Assembly: GCF_001194135.2 (NCBI RefSeq)
Contig: NC_068982.1
Location: 130,328,321 to 130,392,320, forward strand
Reading direction: 5' to 3'
Source of the DNA: Octopus bimaculoides
Lineage: Eukaryota
DNA: 64,000 nucleotides
Shown here: positions 1 to 12,611 of the stretch, piece after piece
Position numbering within the stretch: position 1 is the stretch's first letter
Layout: each line of letters opens with the position of its first letter
Translations under genes and position numbers: made by a program
Notes under the pieces: model-generated
What the model saw: the letters and a program-made list of their open reading frames with translations, nothing else
Told to the model about the DNA's origin: nothing
Database searches by the model: none

Positions 1-411
1 TGAGAAAATAGGCTTCTCAAAACCAGAAAAGAGAAAGCTGATTGGAAGACTACAGATCTAAGCCATCACTGGAACGGTAAAAATCCGTAAAACTTTCCAG
101 AGTTTATCATTTAAGTATATATGAGCATGTTTAGATATGCAAGTATATGCATGAGAATACATACATAAAACAAAACATACTAGTCTGCACGTATACATAC
201 ATGCATAAATACCCTGTCGATGTTGTTGAGATTCCAATGAAGTCTTGGATCTAAGTTCAAAACCAGCTCCTTCTCCATTGGCTAGAAATCTTGAAATAAA
301 ACTGAATAATGACTGACTGACTGACATACATACATACAAACATACAAACATACATACATACAAACATACATACATACATACATACATACATACATACATA
401 CATACATACAT
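1..411 (+). mobile_element. 3' end of an RLE-type (R4/Dong-like) non-LTR retrotransposon ending in a (TACA)n tract
   Basis: Bases 1-200 are near-identical to 12299-12510, which continue an RLE-domain reading frame (EKLGFSK..RKLI.RLQ). A 3' UTR follows, ending ...gaaataaaactgaataatgactgac, then (CATA)n. Confidence 0.75.
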
Positions 412-1452
412 AAATAGAATTATTAATGTTTAGAAATCAGTTTGCTTCAATGTATCTAACTTCTTGCAAATATGTTGAGTTCCTCATATATCCATTCATA
501 TATATCCATTCATATATATCCATTCATATGTATCCATTCATATATATATCACCATTACTCATTGAGTCTCATTTTGGAATACACATGTGTGATATCTTTT
601 TATCAACATTCCACCAACTGATTCAACCTTAAAAAAATATATTGTATTGTTCTATTCAGACTAGGTTTTATGTTATCAGCTGAAACTTTTTTATTTTACT
701 ATCAATCTCTTACCTACATAAGTTATCTGCATATGCATGATTATATTTTCTTTCGACAAATGGATTTTCAGTGATCTTATCTTAAATGGTTTAATACAAG
801 CATATCTGAGAAATTCTAGCAGGCAAATGTTGGAAGGCATTTTGCTGGTGAATGTGAACTCAAAAGTTTCAACACCTGGCAAATGTTTCTTTACCTTCAT
901 TTCCTGTTTGTCTTTGTTCACATACTTATGTTTAATACATACTAATGTATTCTTTAAACTGCCATTACTCATTAATAAATTACCTGTCTGTCTGTCTGTC
1001 TTTCTATATATTCACAGGTTTGGTTGAACAAAGACGATAAATAGAACTCAATACCCAAATGTATGTATGTATGTATGTATGTATGTATTATGTACTTTAA
1101 CTACAGCATTAGAGCTTTTTAGCTTTTATTTCTAGCAATGTACATGCTCTAACACCCTAGTCATGTTTAGTGACAATTATAGTTTTCCTTTTTGGTAAAC
1201 ATTGCACACAGCTGTCTACACACACCCACACACGCATGCACACACACGCACACACACACATGGTGCATTCCAGATTTGAACCTTTTTTTAAGAGGGACAG
1301 TTATAACTGTCGTAGAATAGTGTGACTTTTGCATATCATTACTATACATCTAATATGTTGACCTGCCAACTTTTCTTATAAGGAGACAGGTTTAACAGCA
1401 CTTTGAACATACCCTATTAAACACTGTTAGTCATAGCTGAATAGTTTGCAGA

Positions 1453-1773
1453 ATGCCATCAAGACGTGAAGACAATTTGAAAGCTCACTATGCAATAAAG
1501 TTTTGTGTTAAACTGGGCTTAAAACATTACAGAAACTTATGAAATACTTCAGATTCCTTATGGATTAACTTGTATGAACTGGCCATCTGCTTTTCACTGG
1601 CACAAGAGGCCAGGCAAAGCAAGTCTACTAGAAAGCTCGTGATGATCCCCTGTTTCAACAGCAAGGACACCATCTACATCCACTGGTTTCTCTTGACCAG
1701 ATGGTCAGCAAAGAACACTTAGTGGAGGTTTTGAGGGAGTTCAGGAAGAAATTTTGTTGCAGAAGGCCAGAGC
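1453..1773 (+). mobile_element. Mariner transposase relic, internally deleted and frameshifted
   Basis: The translation has MPSRREDNLKAHYAIKFCVKLG..ETYEILQIPYG (mariner N-terminal HTH). It is followed by RQSKSTRKLVMIPCFNSKDTIYIHW and DQMVSKEHLVEVLREFRKKFCCRRPE, matching the mariner catalytic-domain segment. Confidence 0.85.
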
Positions 1774-2074
1774 ACCAATACTGTAGAGAAGCTATATGGC
1801 TACTCACTTTTAGGAGAGAAAGAGAGTGAGAATAAACTAGAGGTATATCCAAAGAGATAAACAGTGGACAAGGTGGCACTACAGGGAGCAGGAGGTGTAG
1901 TAGCTTGGAGAAATGGGAGTGTGCAAGAATGTGTGCGTGTGGGTGTGTGGGGTAAGATAGAGGTAGTGAGAGAGTGAGGTAAGCAGCATCTATAAGGATG
2001 AAGGAAGGAATGCATGAATTGGGGAGGCTACAGGGATACTAACAGAATGATGGTGATGATACTGTTGATAAGAA

Positions 2075-2100
2075 GAGAAGAGAGAGAGAGAGAGAGAGAT

Positions 2101-2189
<89 letters not shown>

Positions 2190-2190
2190 T
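2075..2190. repeat. (GA)n microsatellite
   Basis: Direct reading of the sequence. Confidence 0.97.
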
Positions 2191-2227
2191 GAACAGTTTA
2201 TACGTGAGAATTTGTGTCTGGATATTG

Positions 2228-2440
2228 TTTTCTACTAAAGGCACAAAGCCAGAAATTTTGTGTGAGGGTTTAGTCAATTACATCGACCCCAGTTCTTGAC
2301 TGGTACTTATTTTATCAACCCTGAAAAGATGATAGGCAAAGTCAACCTTGGCAGAATCTGGACTGAGAACGTGTGGACAGATGAAATGCCGCTAAGCATT
2401 TTGCCTGGCATGCTATTGATTCTGCCAGCTCTTCACCTTA
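2228..2440 (-). mobile_element. tRNA-derived SINE, family A (CpG-eroded copy)
   Basis: Same family as 55560-55752 (+), 61380-61578 (-), 61596-61795 (-) and 63270-63445 (-). The reverse complement of the intact copies shows a B-box-like GAGTTCAAATTCC followed by gtcgactttgcctttcatcctttcggggtcgat. Confidence 0.8.
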
Positions 2441-2538
2441 GTTTGTGTCAGTATATTAAAAATACCAACACGTTCTTAAGCATTCTGTTGGACCTAATCA
2501 TAGTGTATAACATTAGTATATGACAGAAGGAAACTTAC

Positions 2539-2585
2539 AGGTTCTCCTTTGGCACCATCTCTTCCTATTTCTCCATCAATGCCAT
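2539..2585 (-). CDS. COL18A1: Multiplexin collagenous exon (NGIDGEIGRDGAKGEP)
   Basis: catgtatatttcag|AT ... CCT|gtaagt, 47 nt, phase 1/0, continuing the Gly-X-Y register of the previous exon. Confidence 0.92.
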
Positions 2586-3768
2586 CTGAAATATACATGA
2601 ATAAGAAGAAATTATGTCACAGTCAATCCTCAGATCAATTGAGATGTTTCTTACTATTTTAATAATCTGAGAATGACACATTTTTATTCTTCTTACTATC
2701 AAGAGTAAGAAGCAAAAGACTGTTTCTTGTGAGGTTTAAATGTGTGTGGAAATAACAGTTTTGAATGATACTCTTCTGAGAACAAGGAACCATATTTGAG
2801 GAACCCTTTATTTAAAACCCTTTTTCAGTCAGCCATATGCTTATTGTGTAAGTATATTCATGTTCTATGTCAAAGAGAGCAGAATGCAATAGCTGCAGAA
2901 TTGGGATTATTAAATCAACACTGTGAGCCTAAGCTATATATCTTACCATTATATACACTTTCTAATGTATACATCCTAGAAATGTGATGCATGTGTTATT
3001 ATTAAAGTGTTTGAAACTTTTAAGAAAGATCATTTGTGAGAAATATATTTTCAGACAACTATCAGTATGAGATCATGATGAAGGGTTTCATTTTTTTCTA
3101 ATTTAATTTCTACTTCAAAATTTCAAAACCTTCATATTTTTTCAGCCAGAGCAACCTCTTTTCCAAGTTTAAGTAAATCTTTGAACTGAATGCATTACCC
3201 ACATATGAGAAGGCATGTGCTCTAGATGTTTGGGTGATCCTCAGTTTATAGGTTCAATTCCTGGACAAAGCAGAGAACTGAGTCTTTGACATTTCATTTC
3301 ATATTGTTCCAGTCTATTCAGCATAAATAAGTACCAGCTGAGTAGTGGTGCAGCTTTCTCTCACTCTAACAGTCTATTCTAGATGTTTTTTGGGGTCAAG
3401 GGTGGAAAGGCCAAGGAGATGTCTATGTCTGTTTATAGCTACATAACCTAAAACAATTAGTAAAAGCATGGTATAATCGGCTACAAAGACAGACTTGTTT
3501 GCAAATGGTAGCTATGGTATATCCAAAGGGGAAAAGGACATGTAAAATCATTTAGAAGAGATAGACAAAGAAAAGGTGATCACAGACTGCAGAAGAAATT
3601 TGTTAACAAGTTATATATTTTATCTTCTAAAAAGTACAAAATATAAATTCCTTTCCAAATATCAATATTCTTCTTTATACTACTTTCTGATATTGTCAAA
3701 ACAGCACACAAAATTGTCATTATTAGAATTACAATCACACTCTTGTTAAAACTACTAATTTTTCTTAC

Positions 3769-4060
3769 TTAAGCCATTCTCTCCTCGTTCTCCCTTATCT
3801 CCTGGCAATCCTTTTAAACCTGGAAGACCAGGGGGCCCAGTGTGACCAGGAGGTCCACGTGGTCCAACGATTCCTTTTCCCTTTGCTATTTGATCATCTC
3901 CAGAAGACTCAAGGTCAATGAATGTGCCAGAGTATCCAGAAGAAGGTTCTCCATATGACTGTCCTGGTGGACCTGGAGGACCTGGTGGACCTTGTAAACC
4001 AGTAGAGCCAGGTGAACCAGGTTTACCTGGAGGACCAACAATAGATTTGCCAGTTTCACC
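3769..4060 (-). CDS. COL18A1: Multiplexin collagenous exon with Ser-Gly-containing interruption ([12 protein letters not shown]...[40 protein letters not shown]...GENGL)
   Basis: ttctttcatccacag|GGT ... TTA A|gtaaga, 292 nt, phase 0/1, GPP-rich triplets. Confidence 0.96.
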
Positions 4061-5257
4061 CTGTGGATGAAAGAAAAAGAAAAATTGTTTCAGTTATTTT
4101 TACTTTTGAAACCATATGTAAAATCAAATTCTTATGTTACAAAGTATGCTTTAATGTGAAATCCCACAATGTGAAATTTATTTCCCCCATTGAATTTCAT
4201 GTTACAGTGTAATAATAATGCATTCCAATTGATATTTTTATTTAAGAAAAGACAAAAACAGCATAAAAATTAAATAGAAAAACAAAAATCAAGCAACACA
4301 ACTACTTTTATGCATGAAAATTAGAATGTCTTTATATGCACAGTACATCGTCAGGTGACACACTGTGCTTGAGGAGACTTATTGAGTCAAGTAAAATCAA
4401 AAATCAAAAACCAAAATCAAAATCACAATCAGAATCTAAAAAAAATGTTGACCACTGTCTGAGGGGTGGTGATACATCTACTTCACAGGTGAACTTATTC
4501 AAAATTATTTGATGCTTAAGGCACATCATCTCTTTGTACAGCTCAGTGTATGAACTGAAGTATTTGTAAATGTCTTTTATAATTTTTGTTATATTAGGGT
4601 TGTTATCATCAGAACTTACAAACCTTCCTTTATAGGTGCCTACACTTTAGCAATTTTCTTCACAGTCAACTTAAGTTTAGTTGTCGTAATTTCTGTTTTC
4701 TCATTTTGCTTCTGTTCTAATAGTATCAGCTTCTTGTTAGATAAGTTTTCTCTGTTGGGTACCAGTCACTCAGCCACATCATATTCCAACTTCTTCAAGC
4801 CCCACATCATTTGCAAGTGTCACATCCAAATTTGGTGTTGACTTACTGCTTGTAGAAAATTTGTAAAGTCATTGTCACTGTCTAGCCACGTTTTTTTTCA
4901 ATCAATGCACCCAAGAGCTGTCCCATGTTAAGCATCATATTAAATTTATAAAAGAATAACATTCAAGTTTTTGCACTGTGTCACATTTTTTTCTTCCTCT
5001 TGAAACCTTCTTAAAACAATAAATTTCATATCCAGTGTAATACTTTTACTCCTCTTTTCATATTATTCTTTCAGTTTCTCTTGATGGTTTCTTTCCAGAC
5101 ATTTTGAGTTTTAGGTAAATTCAGTAACACCAGTTATCAAGAATTATCCATAACAAATATGTAGTAAAAAAATTATAGCACCAGAAAAGAACTGTTTTGT
5201 GAGAGCTGAAAATTGTCTTATTCCTATGGGTATAAGAATGGAGAAGGCATGTACCTT

Positions 5258-5555
5258 AGTGGTTAGGGTAATTGGCTCATGAGTATAAGGTCATGAGTTC
5301 AATTCCTGGTGGCATGTTGTGTCCTGGAGCAAGACGCTTTATTTCATGTTGCTCTAGTCCACTTAACTGGCAAAAATGAGTTGTACCTGTAATTCAAAGG
5401 GCCAACCTTGTCACATTCTGTGTCATGTAGAATCTCTCTGAGAACTACATTAAGGGAACATGTGTCTGTGGAGTGTTCAACTACTTGCACATTAATTTCA
5501 TGAGCAGGCTGTACTAATGATTGGATCAACTGGGATCCTTGTTATTATAACAACT
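5258..5555 (+). mobile_element. tRNA-derived SINE, family B
   Basis: A-box-like cttagtggttagg and B-box-like gagttcaattcc, followed by the ttgtgtcctggagcaagacgctttatttca core. Degenerate relatives occur near 3210-3350 and 44100-44220. Confidence 0.75.
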
Positions 5556-5884
5556 GATACTATTATTGCTTTTGCCAGATGTTTATTCAAAAGTTAATTG
5601 GTTGGTAGGGATGTTGGTTGTATTGGTATTCATTTTGATGATCATTGTGATGGTGATAGTGTGGTTATAGTTGGTGGATATTGTTGTTTGGGAGCATCAA
5701 GAAAATTTATGTAGTGTCATAGAGGTCAGCTGCCCTGCTGATGTCAATAACTCTCAAAAAAATTAAAAAGAAATAGGATAACTACAGACAAATGCTTCAG
5801 AATCTTCAGTTTCTATAGATTCATATTTATATCAATAATAACTTGTACACTGAGTTTTGTGATTAAATGCCTAAGTGATAATCT

Positions 5885-5885
5885 A

Positions 5886-5924
<39 letters not shown>

Positions 5925-6008
5925 GCCTGCCTGCCTGCCTGCTTGTCTGTCTGTCTGCCTGTCTGTCTGTCTGCCTGTCTTTCTGTCTTTCTGTCTACCT
6001 ATCTTTAA

Positions 6009-6039
<31 letters not shown>

Positions 6040-6054
6040 TGCATGTATGTATGC

Positions 6055-6087
<33 letters not shown>

Positions 6088-6114
6088 TGTATGTATGTAT
6101 GCATGTATGTATGC

Positions 6115-6147
<33 letters not shown>

Positions 6148-6160
6148 TGTACGTATGTAT
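5885..6160. repeat. Compound (TCTG/CCTG)n and (TATG)n microsatellite
   Basis: Direct reading; explains the spurious CLSV and MYVC ORFs. Confidence 0.97.
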
Positions 6161-6720
6161 ATTACTTGCTAGCTATGGGCCTGGAGGAAGGGGCAATATT
6201 TATGGCCTTTACATGCTCTCCATAACTGGTGAGACTGATATTGTTAATGTCCTGCTTAAACTATTGCAAGTTGTCATCTACAGGTAAAACACGAGCTGGG
6301 AAATAATTCCAGAAGACAGACACTCTAGGATGAAAGGCATGGGTATAGTGGCTAGTGTAGAGCCTAGAGATAATATATGTTAAGAAAGATTTAAAAAATG
6401 AAAAACAAGTGAGCCAAGAGTGCTGGAATGGAGACCAGCTACCTTTGATGAGCAGAATACATTATAGCAATGGCATAACAGGCAGAGAGATGCAATATGA
6501 TGTATGTAGTTCAGAACCTGGGGCATATTTATGAGTGATTTTATGTCAGTCAAGTGGTCTAGAATCCGTGTGCATATATATGAAAATATGTATGTGAGTA
6601 CATGTATAATGTTTGTGCACATGAACAATGAAGACAAATGAGTTTAAGAAAGAAATGTTCAGTAATTGATAACATTGTGTAATCATTGCTATTTCATAAG
6701 TAATTGTTGCTAATACTAAC

Positions 6721-6878
6721 CTTTACTCCTGCGAAGCCAGTCATTCCTCTCTCTCCCTTTTCTCCTTTAGCTCCTATTCCTCCTTGACCACTCAAATCAA
6801 GTTTTACTATTTCTCCTTTTTCTCCCTTCTGACCTGGAACTCCAATTGGTCCCATTAGACCAGGAGGTCCTTGATCCC
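6721..6878 (-). CDS. COL18A1: Multiplexin collagenous exon (GDQGPPGLMGPIGVPGQKGEKGEIVKLDLSGQGGIGAKGEKGERGMTGFAGVK)
   Basis: ttttgttttcacag|GG ... AAG|gttagt, 158 nt, phase 1/0, Gly-X-Y with one interruption. Confidence 0.95.
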
Positions 6879-7551
6879 CTGTGAAAACAAAAAAAAGGTA
6901 AATTTATATGTAAAGTACTATGAATTAAAAATATGCACACAATATGCACAAAAATCTGAAGAAGTTCTTTATCGCAAAGGATAAGAACTGATATTAGTGA
7001 GGAATCAAAGAACTGACAAAAAGGTGAATACAGACAGTATCTTAAAATAATTAAATGGTGGGTGATATAACTGAAGAGACACCTGGTCAGTCATCCCTAT
7101 ACTTTCCTTCCAGCATTTTTGCTTCCTATGCACTTATAACATCTTGAATAAAAGAATTTATACCAATAATTCCCATTATCTCTTTGCTAAAGAGGCAGAA
7201 GTCTTGGATTTAAGAAATAAGAGAGTGATGGAGCCCATTGATGGGCAGTTTTGCATGCCATGTACATTTGAATGCTTTACTGATGCTAAGTGCAATATCA
7301 CTCGTAGTAAGTAACACAGGAGAGTAGATTTTTCATTGGTGTGGTTTTGTGAAAACCATTGATAATAGACAGAGATTCAAATTTTGGAGAAGATTGTTGT
7401 TAATGGCTATTTACATCACTTTCAGCATGGTGTAAGTTAGTACTATAGAACAATAATTTTAACAGTTAAAGGACTCATTCACCATCTTGGGAACAGCACT
7501 TGCTGAAGTGTGTTTGCAAAGATTGCTATAAAGCCACACACACACACACAC

Positions 7552-7594
<43 letters not shown>

Positions 7595-8689
7595 TATGGG
7601 CTATCCATGAAATTTGTTACAATAGTGGAAATGGTCAGGGATGTGGCCTGTTTAGTTTGAAATACCTGAAAGTACTTCCATATTTTTCCTGTATATATGT
7701 ATGTAATGGATAGCCTGGTGAAATGAAAAGAAATTGCTTTGTGTGTGGATTTACTTAGTAGGAAAGCATGGAAGTATTTTTCTCCTTGAAAATACTGCTT
7801 GTAGAACCATCATATTTGAGTAGTGCAGTAGAAATCCTAATGGTAAGGGACTAAAAGAATTATCTTTAGTTTTGTAGGAAGGAGAGTTTGTGGACTGTGC
7901 TATGAATGGAAGTATCTATCATTCAACACCATAGCCATGAGTGAACCACATGTGGCGATTTGGGGCTATAAGTGTTGGTTATATATTGGAGGTGGAGAGA
8001 TATGGCTCATTTATCAGTTATCGAACTATTTCTTATTGGTTTGATGTGAAGCACATGTGCTGATGAGTTGCTACAATCAGATAGCATAGAATTGACACAA
8101 AGCTTTGACCAGTCATCTAATTTGGTGTCACAGAATGAGGGAGATGCTTGTGTAGTCTGAGGGCATTTGGGAGATAATCATAATAAAGGAATGATCAGAT
8201 GACCCAAAAGGGTACAGATGCTGATGATTTGGTAGAAGCTGGTTTTAGAGGTGAGAATAAGATCAAGAGGGGTTGAATAAGGCATTTTGATTAAAAACTG
8301 CCTTATAAGTTGAGGATAGAGTGTGTCTATAGTAGGGGAAGAGAGAAGGAAATGAATAAAGACTAATTCTAAGTAGTTAAGTTAAAATTCAAAACATTCA
8401 ACTTGAGACTAGAGATGACACTTAACCAGTTCAATACTGATGGTGTTATGTATTGCTTAAAACTGGTCATATCTATGTTGATGTGGAAAAATTAATGATG
8501 ATGATGACTATAATGCAGTGCTGATACTAGTGGTAGTTATGATGATCCAGTTGTGGTTGTGATAATCAAGATTAAGTATGCTTTACATACACATAAAACA
8601 TTATACTTGTGTGGCCTAATGTATTATCAAATTCAGCCTTTATTTAAGGCAACAGTACTTTCATCATCATCATCCTCATTACCATCATC

Positions 8690-9000
8690 ATCGTTTACGC
8701 CTGCTTTCTATACTGGCATGGGTTGGATGGCTTGACTGAAAACTGGCAATCCAGGAGGCTGTACCAAGCTGTACCAAGCTGTACCAGGCTCCAATCTGAT
8801 CTGGCAAGGTTTCTACAGCTGGATGCCCTTCCTAATGCAAACCATTCCAAGAGTATAGCAGGTGCTTTTTATGTGCCACTGGCAAGTGGGCCAGTCAGGC
8901 AGTACTGGCATCGACCACACTTGAATGGTGCTTTTTATGTGTCACCAGCACAGGAGCTAGTCAGGTGACACTAGCAACGACTACGCTCAAATGGTGCTTT
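8690..9000 (-). mobile_element. RTE-related 3'-end repeat or SINE
   Basis: Contains ggatgcccttcctaatgcaaacc and a duplicated ggtgctttttatgtg(c/t)cacc block, next to a (CAT)n tail. Recognised from memory as an RTE-type 3' region. Confidence 0.55.
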
Positions 9001-9301
9001 TTAAGGTAATGAGATAGCTATAATTATTGAGGAAGCAAGAATGGTGTTGTTGGGGAAGTTAGACAGGTGAAGTTGGGATTGTTGAAGCAGGGAGAAGACT
9101 GGAGTTGCTTAAAGAGTGACACACATAGAATTGTTGAAGTAATGAGTGAGATGGACTGGGTGGAGTAGTTAGTAAAATAAGTAAATAACAAAAGTGATAG
9201 CCATTAATTTATTAAATTTAGAACATCAGCCAATAGATTTTGTAGGAGAAACTATCTATGGCTGTAAAAGAATGTTCAAGTTGTCAATAATCAGTTCTTA
9301 C

Positions 9302-9434
9302 CTTTCAAGCCTGATCGTGGTGGCAGTGGTGGAGGAGGGGAAATCATTGGTTGACTTATTCCTGGTTCACCTTTTATACCTTTCTCACCTTGTGAGCCCT
9401 TCTCACCTTTAATTGTGTGACTTACATGAGGTCT
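9302..9434 (-). CDS. COL18A1: Multiplexin exon: first Gly-X-Y segment plus Pro-rich interruption (RPHVSHTIKGEKGSQGEKGIKGEPGISQPMISPPPPLPPRSGLK)
   Basis: ttgttcacag|AGA ... AAA G|gtaaga, 133 nt, phase 0/1, joining the neighbouring exons in frame. Confidence 0.92.
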
Positions 9435-11884
9435 CTGTGAACAATAATGAAGATTATATTAAATATGGAACCATAAACAACAATGTCAAAGTTTTAATTT
9501 TGTCTCTTTCATAACTTTTTGTGGATTACTTGGTGGAATATATGCCCCCCCCCCACCTACATCTTTGCTGCACCGATGATTCCAAACCTAGTTAGAGCCT
9601 TTGTTACAGCTGTCTATGTCACGTGTTACAGCCTTTTATTGTGTTCACAGAACATTGAGCTGTAGTCATGTCAGCATTTTGATTCCTGGCACGGATCATC
9701 ATAATACAGGTAACTATTTTCCAATATTTAGATGACTTCCAGTCCTTCATGTTAGCTAACTTTTTCCTGACTACAATTTAAATTTTTATACTCTCCAACT
9801 CTGTTGACTGTTCATGAATACATCAAGCTATTCCTAAAAATAAAAGGAGACACAAAAAAAAAAAAAATTATCATCAAATTTAACCTGAGTACACTGTACC
9901 TCTGAACTTAACAGACATTTTTTCCGTTTATTTTGTATTATTCTTATTTTGTTTTATTTCTCAGCAACTTCCCAATTTAACTTTAATTTTCACTCTCTAC
10001 TTTTGAACTAACATGATATTGCATCTAATGTAGAAATAATCACATTAATCCTCAGCCCACAGATTTGGTCTGAATGCTTGCAACAGAATGAACTCTGCAC
10101 AAGTAAAGAAGTAAATACAGTATCAAAAGACTTTCTAGTAAATGGTAATTTTTCTTGAAAGTACACTCACCATTTTAAAATAAGACATATTGGATATGTT
10201 TGATACACTCAAAAGAAATGGGATGGTCACTGGTGGAAAGATTTTGATGTTAGGTTTGATTAATTAGGATCGTCTTTGGTCAAACACTACCACTGCCAGT
10301 GGCAGCAGCGTTACCACCACCACCACCAACAACAACAAAGGTAACAACAAATGTATGTGATTTTTTTCTTTTACTTGGTAAAAAGGTTTCAAGATGTGAT
10401 ATCCCACAACTGTTAGACTACAAAAGGTGTGGTTATATGTATAGACTATGAATTTAGAATTAGTTCAGAAAATGGGATTTTTGTTTTACTGAATCAGTTA
10501 GATGCCAACCTATTGATGGAACGATCCTCTGTATGTATGTGATCATCACCACTGACCCAGAAACTTAATTTTCATTGAAGCAGTTCAGTTCTCTTAGCTA
10601 TAAATATGTACCATGTGTATATATGAAATACCTCTATAAGCAGCCCTATCTCGCTCCCCCCCTCTCTCTCTGCATGTACGTACGTATATACGTACACATG
10701 TATGTATGTATGTACCTACGAATTCATCTATTCTCAGTTACTGGTGGGAAGAAAGAAATTACGTGGATTTAAAATATTCTAGTCAGCGTTCGATTGCTGT
10801 CTGGTGAGAGGGTCAATAACAAACAAGTCATTGTCGTAAACATCACTCAAACAATAGGATTTTAATATTTATTGCAAACAAAGGATGTCCAAAGGGAAAG
10901 TTGCTGCTGATCGTACAGCTGTTTTAATGCTTTCTTTTAACAAAGATACCCTTACCAGATGTTATAACCATCCAATTGTCAATGACTCCACTAATTCAAA
11001 ATTAACATACGACAGTAGCAGCGAATCGGAAATATATAATTTTGCTTTAAAAGTATGATCATTGTGAATGTACGACCGTCGGTATAAAGCTTCATTGTAA
11101 ATAAACCACCAATTGTAGATTGTTTTAATTGTATTTTGAATAAGACACTAAATGTCTATTTTGGATGTGAAAACAGTCTCTGTTCTTAATGGAAGCGTTG
11201 ATACAACATTGTAAAAGAACACACGCAAAAATAATCTTGAATAAAACAATTGTCCCGTTATTGTAGAACTCATTATTGTGCAGACCAACTGAAACCAAAC
11301 ATGAAAAGAAAAACAATGAACAAATGACGAGATTAAGCTGATTTTTAAACGAGATTATGGCTTACTTTAGATTAACGAGATTATGGTGGTTTACTTTGAT
11401 AAACTAGCCACATATATTAGATACTTTTAATAGAATATATTTTAGATGACGAAATTTCTGTGATATTTTCTCTCCTCGCTTGAAAAACATCAAGCTGATG
11501 AGTATGAATATAAAAGAAATTCATTTTTATAAACTTTAAAATTGATATTTGTTTTGAAGATGCTTACTCTAATGTTTAGGTTTATGTAAAATATTGCATA
11601 GAGAGTAAGAGAGGAGTCCCACATCTTAGTATTATCGTTCAGATAGTTCAATTAGCGTTTTCCTACATTTCGGTTGCATTTTCTCCTCTAAGTATATTGT
11701 ATTAATGGTTGAATTAGTAATGAGGTAACGTATTTTCCAGAATTCATGAAGTTAACGTTCAATTCCTTATTCGAAGCCTTAACCAGAGAGAGAGAGAGGA
11801 AAGATAAATCTCTCTTTGGACGGAGCAACAATAATCCATCGCAAAGAACAACACTGAAGCAGTTGGTTTTAAATACATACATAC

Positions 11885-12510
11885 TACCCACATCATAAAC
11901 AGTTGTCCGAAAATGTCATCATTGTATTATCTACCCATGAGACATGATGTTGTATCTAGGACACTCTATAATGAAATCCGTCAGGACATAGAAATAAGAA
12001 CCCACAGTATGGTAGAAGCCATAGCCACTCATAATAAAAAGGAGTACTGGTGGAATGTCCCTGTGAAGACCTCAATAAAATGTAAGCACAACAGACCTGA
12101 TATAATGATTTGGAATAGAGAAGAGAAGTTAATTGCCCAGCAGATGTTAACATAAAGCTGAAGATCAGTGAAAAAGAGAATACCCACGCTGAACTATTGA
12201 GAAATCTGCAGTTACTCTATCCAGATTAGAAGTTCAAGTTTATAACTGTAATTATTGGGGCCCTGGGATATGTAACACACTGCCTAAATACCAATCCTGA
12301 GAAATTAGGCTTCTCAAAACTAGAAAGGAGAAAGCAGATTCGAAGACTACAGATCAGGCCATCACTGGAACTATAAATATCTGTAAAACTTTATTTAAAT
12401 ATACATGAGCATGTTTAGATATGCAACTATATGCATGAGAATACATACAAAAAGCAAAACATACAAATCTGCACATATACATTCATTCATACATACATAC
12501 ATAAATACAT
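11885..12510 (+). mobile_element. 5'-truncated RLE-type (R4/Dong-like) non-LTR retrotransposon fragment
   Basis: HIINSCPKMSSLYYLPMRHDVV is the end of the CCHC knuckle plus the RHD motif. KHNRPDIMIWNREEK, EVNCPADVN and VIIGALG form the PD-(D/E)xK restriction-like endonuclease. One frameshift and one stop are present. Confidence 0.85.
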
Positions 12511-12511
12511 A

Positions 12512-12564
12512 CGACCAAAGCCTTGTGAGTGGATTTGGTAGACGGAAACTGAAAGAAGCCCGTC

Positions 12565-12611
<47 letters not shown>

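Noticed and set aside
214-288. Possible next minus-strand exon ([15 protein letters not shown]...)
   Set aside because: Its phase does not match the preceding phase-0 donor, it is not Gly-X-Y, and it lies in the 3' UTR of the R4-like retroelement.
7680-8350. Possible degraded Penelope or RT coding relic on the minus strand
   Set aside because: Too many stops and no motif I could identify with confidence.
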